Assembly (NCBI RefSeq): GCF_000039765.1
Contig: NC_004460.2
Span: 1,680,001-1,712,000, forward strand
Direction: 5' to 3'
Source: Vibrio vulnificus CMCP6
Lineage (GTDB): Bacteria > Pseudomonadota > Gammaproteobacteria > Enterobacterales > Vibrionaceae
Length of the DNA stretch: 32,000 nt
Position 1 is the first letter of the stretch. Each line of letters begins with the position of its first letter. Shown piece by piece: positions 8,108 through 13,970 of this stretch. Below the pieces are notes generated by a model. The model had not been told where the DNA came from. It searched no databases and worked only from the letters and a program-made list of their open reading frames with translations. A program made the translations under genes and the position numbers.

Positions 8108-8817
8108 TAAAGATTGATGGCGGTTTCTAGAGCCACTTTCATCATGTCGTTGAACGACTTCTGACGATCTTCAGAGCTTAGTTTCTCGCCACGGATGATG
8201 TGGTCAGAAACAGTCAGAATAGTCAGTGCTTTTGCTTTTAGATCCGCAGCCACACCGTAGATGCCTGCTGCTTCCATATCCACACCTAGGATGCCTAGTT
8301 TTTCCATCTTCTCGAAGATGTCTGCTTCTGGTGTGTAGAAAAGATCCGCAGAGAATACGTTACCGACTTTTACTGGTACGTTTTGCGCACGTGCTTGTTT
8401 CACCGCTTCTTCCAACAGACCGTAATCCGCCAGTGCAGCGAAATCGTGATCGTTAAAGCGGATACGGTTTACTTTAGAATCCGTCGAAGCACCCATGCCA
8501 ATCACAACGTCCATCAGGTTAACGTCGTCGCGCACCGCACCACAGCTACCAACGCGGATAACATTTTTCACGCCGTATTCAGCGATCAGCTCGTGAACAT
8601 AGATACATGCAGATGGGATACCCATACCGTGGCCCATAACAGACACTTTTTTACCTTTGTAAGTGCCAGTGAAGCCGAACATGTTACGAACGTCACAAAC
8701 TTGTTTTACATCTTCCAAGAAGGTTTCTGCGATGTACTTAGCGCGTAGCGGATCGCCTGGCATCAGTACGGTTTCTGCGAAATCACCTGGTTGTGCGTTG
8801 ATGTGTGGGGTTGCCAT
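8107..8817 (-). CDS. deoD: Purine nucleoside phosphorylase DeoD-type (second, stand-alone copy)
   Basis: From the ATG at 8817 (GGAG 8 nt upstream): [36 protein letters not shown] ... GHGMGIPS ... RVGSCGA ... [12 protein letters not shown] ... TVSDH. This is nearly colinear with E. coli DeoD. The track start at 8931 adds 38 non-homologous residues and is rejected. Confidence 0.95.
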   Translation of the reverse strand: MATPHINAQPGDFAETVLMPGDPLRAKYIAETFLEDVKQVCDVRNMFGFTGTYKGKKVSVMGHGMGIPSACIYVHELIAEYGVKNVIRVGSCGAVRDDVNLMDVVIGMGASTDSKVNRIRFNDHDFAALADYGLLEEAVKQARAQNVPVKVGNVFSADLFYTPEADIFEKMEKLGILGVDMEAAGIYGVAADLKAKALTILTVSDHIIRGEKLSSEDRQKSFNDMMKVALETAINL

Positions 8818-8935
8818 AGTATTCTCCAATATTTCTATTGAGGTAATTGTCATCAAAAACAGAGTCAAATTACCAATTCTGTTGAAACTGTTTTCGTTCG
8901 TTGAGGCAATACTAGCTAGATAATTCGCCATTCCA

Positions 8936-8951
8936 TGAGAGGTGTCTCACA
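8936..8951. promoter_or_regulatory. CRP-like site upstream of deoD
   Basis: TGAGAggtgtcTCACA matches TGTGA-N6-TCACA at 9 of 10 positions. A TAGTAT -10-like hexamer on the minus strand (8914-8909) lies about 32 bp from the site centre, which fits class II spacing. This is a single-site match only. Confidence 0.3.
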
Positions 8952-9150
8952 AAAGCTCCTGATTATACATTTATAATCCCAATTGATAACTAAAAATGTT
9001 GAAACTTAAAGGGCAATCGATTTGCCATGGTTGAAGCGCGTCACGGGGGCGCTGGGAGGGGATGGGAGCGTCGCAATTTATGGGGTAATTGTTACATGTT
9101 AATAACCTATGACATGGTTTAGTAACGTTAATTGTGGATTTTTTCTTTAT

Positions 9151-9221
9151 GTGTACAAAAAAAATATTTGTACAACTCAAGTTTGCTTGCTATAAATTGT
9201 ACAAGTAATTTTTTTGTACAA
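9151..9221 (+). promoter_or_regulatory. Promoter plus operator: four (T)TGTACA(A) palindromes in two N11-spaced pairs overlapping the -35, -10 and predicted start site
   Basis: TGTACA occurs at 9152-9157, 9169-9174, 9198-9203 and 9215-9220. Three of the four are full TTGTACAA octamers. Each pair has an 11-nt A/T spacer. The -35-like TTGTAC (9168-9173), a 17-nt spacer and TATAAA (9191-9196) sit between and within the pairs. Confidence 0.6.
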
Positions 9222-9232
9222 GGGTGGCGAGC

Positions 9233-10186
9233 ATGAATTCTTCTAAATTAAAGATCGGTATCAGTGCATGCGTGTTGGGCGATCAAGTCCGTTTTGATGG
9301 GGGACACAAACAGAGTCGTTTTGTGGTTCAGGAGCTGATGCCACACTTCTCCTTTGTACCCGTTTGCCCTGAGGTGGGGATGGGAATGCCTGTACCACGC
9401 CCGACGATTCGTCTTATTTCGAATGAAGAACGAATCGCGATGGTGGAAACCAAGAATCCAGACAAAGATTACACTGAGCAGATGCTCTCTTACTCTGAGC
9501 AGCAAGTTGATCGATTAATGGCGCACTCTTTAAGTGGTTACATTGTCTGCGCAAAATCACCCACCTGTGGCATGGAGAAGGTCAAGGTCTACAAAACTCA
9601 TGGCGCGGAAAAAGAGGGCGTTGGTTTGTACACTCAAACGCTGATGCGCAAAATGCCTTGGTTACCGGTGGAAGAAGATGGTCGCCTGAATGATCCTGTG
9701 CTGCGTGAAAATTTCATCACTCGTGTTTATTGCCTGCATGATTTTAATACCAACGTGCTAAATCAGTTGTCGCGCAAAAGCATCGTCGAGTTCCACTCTC
9801 GCTACAAACTGACCTTGATGGCGCATCATCCCGCGTCGTACCGCTCGTTAGGGCGTATGGTGGCATCCATTGCGGAGTACGATTTGCAAGAGTTTGCCTA
9901 TCAGTATCGTGAAGGACTAATGAAAGCCTTAACCCATCGTGCGAGCCGCAAAAACAACACCAATGTGTTAATGCATCTGCAAGGTTATTTTAAGACGGCA
10001 CTGAACAAAGAGCAGAAAAGTGAATTGGCTCAAGTTATTCATGATTACCGAACAGGTTTATTGCCACTGTTGGCACCGTTGACTTTGATTCGCCACTACT
10101 TAAATACCCATCCTGATGGCTATTTAGAAAGCCAGAAATTCCTTAAACCTTATCCTCAGGAGTTGAAACTGCGTTATGGATTGTAA
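9233..10186 (+). CDS. Fused DUF523 (TudS-like thiouracil desulfidase family) and DUF1722 (YbgA-like) protein
   Basis: The ATG at 9233 is preferred, with AAGGGTGG 6 nt upstream. The track GTG at 9224 sits inside that SD. N-terminal half: KIGISACVLGDQVRFDGGHK ... FVPVCPEVGMGMP ... AKSPTCGM, three Cys as in the DUF523 Fe-S site. C-terminal half: FHSRYKLTLMAHHP ... LMHLQGYFK, which is DUF1722/YbgA-like. E. coli ybgA likewise precedes phr. Confidence 0.85.
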   Translation: MNSSKLKIGISACVLGDQVRFDGGHKQSRFVVQELMPHFSFVPVCPEVGMGMPVPRPTIRLISNEERIAMVETKNPDKDYTEQMLSYSEQQVDRLMAHSLSGYIVCAKSPTCGMEKVKVYKTHGAEKEGVGLYTQTLMRKMPWLPVEEDGRLNDPVLRENFITRVYCLHDFNTNVLNQLSRKSIVEFHSRYKLTLMAHHPASYRSLGRMVASIAEYDLQEFAYQYREGLMKALTHRASRKNNTNVLMHLQGYFKTALNKEQKSELAQVIHDYRTGLLPLLAPLTLIRHYLNTHPDGYLESQKFLKPYPQELKLRYGL

Positions 10187-10979
10187 ACAACCAATGGACA
10201 AAAAACTGTATGCCATTCGCGAAGTGTCAGAGTTAACAGGGGTAAAACCTGTGACGCTACGAGCCTGGCAAAGACGTTACAATTTGGTCCAGCCAGAGCG
10301 TACTGAGAAAGGGCATCGACTCTACAGCGAAGACAATATTGAGATGATTCGCGAGATTCAAGGTTGGCTCGCCAAAGGCATTGCCATCGGCAAGGTGAAA
10401 GATCTGCTGGCAAATCCCGACGCCGAAGGCGCGTTAGCGGTGGAGAGTCGTGAGTTAGATGAAGTTGAACGAATGTTGTCGGCTCTGTCTGTACTGAACG
10501 CAGGTAAGGCTGAGTCGGTGTTAAATACGGTGCTGAAAGAGTATCCATTTACGGTGGTTTGCGATCAGTTCTTATATCCGGTCATGACGGCATTGGAGCG
10601 GGTTAAAAGTACCACTCGTAGCCTACAAAAAGGCTTACTTCGCTCTATGCTGCATACTCGTCTCACCTTTATTGTCGAAGCGGAGCGGAAAGCGGCCACG
10701 AAAGGCAAGTGCCTACTGCTTTCCTATGAAGGCGGAGACTTTATTGCGGGATGGATGGAGGCGGTGACGTTAAGCGAGCAAGGTTGGTATGTCACTTTGA
10801 TTGATGGAGTGGAAGATCTCTCTGGGCTCGATTTTGCCGATGTCGCCGAACACTATCAGCGTGTGCATATTTTCTCGCATCGAGCGTTGCAAGAGAAGCA
10901 ACTCAACATGGTTAAGTCCATGCTCGATAACAACAAAGTTACGTTGAGCGATGTTTTGGCTCGACTCCAATTTGGGTAG
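10176..10979 (+). CDS. MerR-family transcriptional regulator, LitR/CarH-like architecture
   Basis: N-terminal HTH: YAIREVSELTGVKPVTLRAWQRRYNLVQPERTEKGHRLYSEDNIEMIREIQ. The C-terminal 120 aa or so look like a Rossmann-type B12-binding-like fold (KCLLLSYEGGDFIAGW) but lack the DxHxxG His, judged by eye. The start could be 10176 (overlapping the upstream gene by 11 nt) or 10194. Confidence 0.85.
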   Translation: MDCKQPMDKKLYAIREVSELTGVKPVTLRAWQRRYNLVQPERTEKGHRLYSEDNIEMIREIQGWLAKGIAIGKVKDLLANPDAEGALAVESRELDEVERMLSALSVLNAGKAESVLNTVLKEYPFTVVCDQFLYPVMTALERVKSTTRSLQKGLLRSMLHTRLTFIVEAERKAATKGKCLLLSYEGGDFIAGWMEAVTLSEQGWYVTLIDGVEDLSGLDFADVAEHYQRVHIFSHRALQEKQLNMVKSMLDNNKVTLSDVLARLQFG

Positions 10980-10981
10980 GG

Positions 10982-12397
10982 ATGGCAATGAAGCTGGTTT
11001 GGTTACGCAGAGACTTGCGCAGTGTGGACAACACTGCGCTCAATCATGCCATTGCGACCTCACAAGAGGTGGTTGCCTGTTTTGTGGCCACCCCTTTGCA
11101 ATGGCGTGATCATCATATGGCGCCTATGCAGGCCGATCTCATTGCACGACGTTTGGCGGTGTTGGCGGAAGAACTCAACGCGCTCAACATCCCACTGTTG
11201 TACGACGAAGTGGATGACTACGCTCAAAGCGCAACACGCGTTGCTAACTGGGCTGAACAATTGGCGGTTAGTGAAGTGGTGCTTAACCGCGAATATGAAG
11301 TCAATGAGCGTGTTCGTGACGAACAGCTGGTCAATCAGCTCGCATCATCAGAGATTGGTGTTCTAGATGTTGAAGATAAGTGTGTGCAGGCACCTGGCTG
11401 CGTGTTGAATAAACAGGGGGACTATTTCAAAGTCTTTACACCGTTTAAAAAAGCGTGGCTGAAATCGTTTGTTCCACCACAGATCATTAAAACCTCAGCG
11501 GCGCAGCCGGTTGTATTGCCTGAAGCGCTGCAATCATCACTTTGGCATGAGCAGGCGCCGTTTAGCTACCCACGACAAAGCAGCGAGGAATGGTCTGTTG
11601 ATTCTCAACAGATTCGTGAGACGTTAAGACACTTCTGTCATGAGGAAGTGGATCGCTATCATGAGCAGCGAGATTTCCCTGCCACGGCAGGCACCAGCGT
11701 GCTGTCTCCTTATTTGGCGATTGGCGCCATTTCGGTCAGGCAATGCATTGCACGACTGTATTGGCAGCAAAGTTATCTGTCGAACGGACGTGAAGTGTGG
11801 TTGAGCGAGCTTATTTGGCGTGAGTTCTATCATCACCTGATTCATTTTGAACCCAAGTTGGTCAAAGGGCAGGGTTTTGTCGAGTGGGAAAAACATCTGT
11901 TGTGGCCTGCAAAACCGGACTGGTTTGATCGTTGGTGTCGAGGGGAAACGGGCTATCCCATTGTGGATGCCGCGATGCGGCAACTCAACCAAACGGGATG
12001 GATGCATAATCGCTTGCGTATGATCGTGGCCAGTTTTCTCACCAAAGATTTGCACGTCAACTGGCGGTTGGGAGAGCAATACTTTATGCAAAAACTGGTG
12101 GACGGTGACTTTGCGGCCAACAATGGTGGCTGGCAATGGTGTGCCTCGACAGGGTGTGACGGTCAACCTTATTTTCGGATCTTCAATCCAATTACGCAGG
12201 GAGAGAAGTTTGACCCGAATGGCGAATTTGTGAAGCACTGGCTACCAGAACTAGTAGAGGTGCCGAGTAAGTTCGTTCACCAGCCGTGGAATTGGCCAGG
12301 TCACATGCAGTTAGATTACCCAGCGCCAATGGTTGATCACAAACAGGAAAGAGAGATAACCTTGTCTTTGTATACCCAAGCCAAGGATTGTCTCTGA
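10982..12397 (+). CDS. phr: Deoxyribodipyrimidine photolyase (class I CPD photolyase)
   Basis: LVWLRRDLRSVDNTAL at the N-terminus. The FAD region TGYPIVDAAMRQLNQTGWMHNRLRMIVASFLTKDL ... DGDFAANNGGWQW ... PYFRIFNPITQGEKFDP is near-identical to E. coli Phr motifs. The second ATG at 10988 has better SD spacing (TAGGGA) than 10982. Confidence 0.95.
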   Translation: MAMKLVWLRRDLRSVDNTALNHAIATSQEVVACFVATPLQWRDHHMAPMQADLIARRLAVLAEELNALNIPLLYDEVDDYAQSATRVANWAEQLAVSEVVLNREYEVNERVRDEQLVNQLASSEIGVLDVEDKCVQAPGCVLNKQGDYFKVFTPFKKAWLKSFVPPQIIKTSAAQPVVLPEALQSSLWHEQAPFSYPRQSSEEWSVDSQQIRETLRHFCHEEVDRYHEQRDFPATAGTSVLSPYLAIGAISVRQCIARLYWQQSYLSNGREVWLSELIWREFYHHLIHFEPKLVKGQGFVEWEKHLLWPAKPDWFDRWCRGETGYPIVDAAMRQLNQTGWMHNRLRMIVASFLTKDLHVNWRLGEQYFMQKLVDGDFAANNGGWQWCASTGCDGQPYFRIFNPITQGEKFDPNGEFVKHWLPELVEVPSKFVHQPWNWPGHMQLDYPAPMVDHKQEREITLSLYTQAKDCL

Positions 12398-13315
12398 ATG
12401 AAAATGCCAAAACCCACATTGATTACGCTTTTCTGTGCGGCATTGATGAGTTGGAAGAGCGACGCTGCGACTTATGATCTTCCCGCGGAAGGCAGTCGGT
12501 TGATTGGACGCATCCAGCATCATGTTGTTGAAAAAGGCGAAACCATGGCGAACATCGCCAAGCAATATGATGTGGGCTTTCTGGCCTTGATGGCAGCCAA
12601 TAAAGGGGTCGACCCATTTCTGCCTCAGGAAGGTTATGTGCTTTCCATCCCTAGTGAAATGGTGCTTCCGCCCGTGGAGTACCAAGGCATAGTGATCAAT
12701 TTAGCGGAGTTAAGGCTTTATTATTTTGAGCCCGAGTTGGGTAAGGTGCACGTTTTTCCGGTCGGAATTGGCCGAGTCGGGCGTGATACGCCAGAAATGG
12801 TCACGTCGATTCGTGAAAAACGACCGAATCCAACCTGGACACCTCCCGCTTCCATTCGTAAAGAATATCGAGAAAAAGGCATCGAGCTACCTAAAATTGT
12901 CCCGGCTGGGCCAGATAACCCGCTGGGCGAGTACGCCCTTCGCTTAGCGTATGGCAGCGGTGATTATTTGATCCACGGAACGAACAAAGATTTCGGTATC
13001 GGTTTACGCGTCAGTGCTGGCTGCATTCGCATGGAGCCAAAGGACATTGAATGGCTGTTTTCTCAAGTGGACAAAGGACAGAGAGTGAAGATCATCAACC
13101 AGCCGGTGAAAGTGTCCCTTGAGCCGGGGCGAATTGTTTACCTTGAAGCGCACGAGCCGCTCACCAGAAGCAATGGGGTTCAGGATGAGTTAGTTGTGCC
13201 AATAGAGTTGGATTGGTGGTTGAGCGAGTTAAATCTGAATGATGCGAAAGCGAAAGCGGTGATTGCAGCACAAAATGGTGTACCAGTAGAGGTAGCTGCG
13301 CCAGGTTTTGAATAA
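12398..13315 (+). CDS. L,D-transpeptidase (LysM plus YkuD domains), ErfK/YbiS/YcfS-like
   Basis: Signal peptide MKMPKPTLITLFCAALMSWKSDA. LysM region HHVVEKGETMANIAKQYDVG. Catalytic motif HGTNKDFGIGLRVSAGCIRM. The ATG abuts the photolyase stop (TGAATG) and AAGGA lies 10 nt upstream. Confidence 0.9.
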   Translation: MKMPKPTLITLFCAALMSWKSDAATYDLPAEGSRLIGRIQHHVVEKGETMANIAKQYDVGFLALMAANKGVDPFLPQEGYVLSIPSEMVLPPVEYQGIVINLAELRLYYFEPELGKVHVFPVGIGRVGRDTPEMVTSIREKRPNPTWTPPASIRKEYREKGIELPKIVPAGPDNPLGEYALRLAYGSGDYLIHGTNKDFGIGLRVSAGCIRMEPKDIEWLFSQVDKGQRVKIINQPVKVSLEPGRIVYLEAHEPLTRSNGVQDELVVPIELDWWLSELNLNDAKAKAVIAAQNGVPVEVAAPGFE

Positions 13316-13325
13316 CCTGACGCAG
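13296..13325 (-). terminator. Hairpin in the 20-bp convergent gap, possible lpp terminator
   Basis: Minus-strand RNA reads CUGCGUCAGG-uuauucaaaa-CCUGGCGCAG, a 10-bp stem with one G-U pair, starting 10 nt after the lpp stop. The same stem on the plus strand has a C-A mismatch. No U-run follows, and the hairpin overlaps the last codons of the transpeptidase gene. Confidence 0.3.
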
Positions 13326-13335
13326 TTGACAGCAA

Positions 13336-13614
13336 TTACTTCGTGTACGACTGAGCGATGTTATCGATACGCTCGTTCGCACGTTCCGCTTCTTCTTGAG
13401 CTGCCATGGCTGCTGTTGCAGCTTCTTTGGCTTTCATCTCAGCGTCCGCTTGATTGCTCTTAAGTGCAGCCACTTCTTTTGTCAGTACATCGACTTGATT
13501 CTTAAGATCTTCTACCTGCGCCATTGCTGCTTTGGTTTGTTCATCTGGCCCCGATGCACAACCGGCAAGTAAAAGAACAGAAGAGGTGGCAGCTGCAATT
13601 AGGATCTTATTCAT
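13336..13614 (-). CDS. lpp: Major outer-membrane (Braun) lipoprotein Lpp
   Basis: 92 aa with lipobox LLAGC. The mature part is a heptad coiled coil. The C-terminal ANERIDNIAQSYTK resembles E. coli ANQRLDNMATKYRK and ends in the Lys used for peptidoglycan attachment. A perfect AAGGAG SD precedes the start. Confidence 0.85.
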   Translation of the reverse strand: MNKILIAAATSSVLLLAGCASGPDEQTKAAMAQVEDLKNQVDVLTKEVAALKSNQADAEMKAKEAATAAMAAQEEAERANERIDNIAQSYTK

Positions 13615-13970
13615 AAAAACTCCTTGTTCTATAATTGTCTGTCATTATTGACACTAATGTCATATGACTCTTTGATTGTAGCGACAATAAATGACAACAG
13701 CGAATTAAAAAGTGAGCAACGTCCACATATTGAAGGATTTTTACCGAGTTCTAACAGAGATGAGACGTTTTTCTGTGTTGTGTGTCGGATCTGGTTAGCC
13801 TATTGCTTGACATGAACTTGGGTAATCGAAGTTTTAGGCCGATGTTTCCTGTGAAATGTGGATAATTTTTCTGTGATCTCTATCCTTTATTGTGTGGTTT
13901 AAGGTATCATTGCACGTTTTTATTGATTCCCTCTCGGCGGCAAAATAAGCGGCCAAGATAGTGCAAAATA

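Noticed and set aside
8818-8931. 38-codon N-terminal extension of deoD in the ORF track
   Set aside because: Homology to DeoD begins exactly at MATPHINA (ATG at 8817), which has a GGAG SD. The extension has no counterpart in DeoD proteins.
6424-9150. Possibility that deoD plus the IS1-like ORF form a composite transposon, or that the ORF is an active IS
   Set aside because: Comparing 6424-6583 with the reverse complement of 8818-9150 by eye, I found only 6-7 nt coincidences (cacataa, actaaa) and no terminal inverted repeats. The ORF start overlaps the deoD stop. A proper IR search could not be run, so this remains a soft rejection.
8971-9180. 69-aa ORF in the deoD/operon intergenic region. 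The same judgement applies to 13624..13815 (63 aa, TTG start) and 15406..15606 (66 aa).
   Set aside because: None has an SD. Their composition is low-complexity or AT-driven and they overlap promoter, operator or terminator elements. They look like chance ORFs in AT-rich intergenic DNA.
11624-12238. 204-aa antisense ORF inside the photolyase gene; also 12311..12685(-) across the phr/ldt junction
   Set aside because: The plus-strand genes have unambiguous family motifs. The antisense ORFs lack starts with an SD and any recognisable domain.
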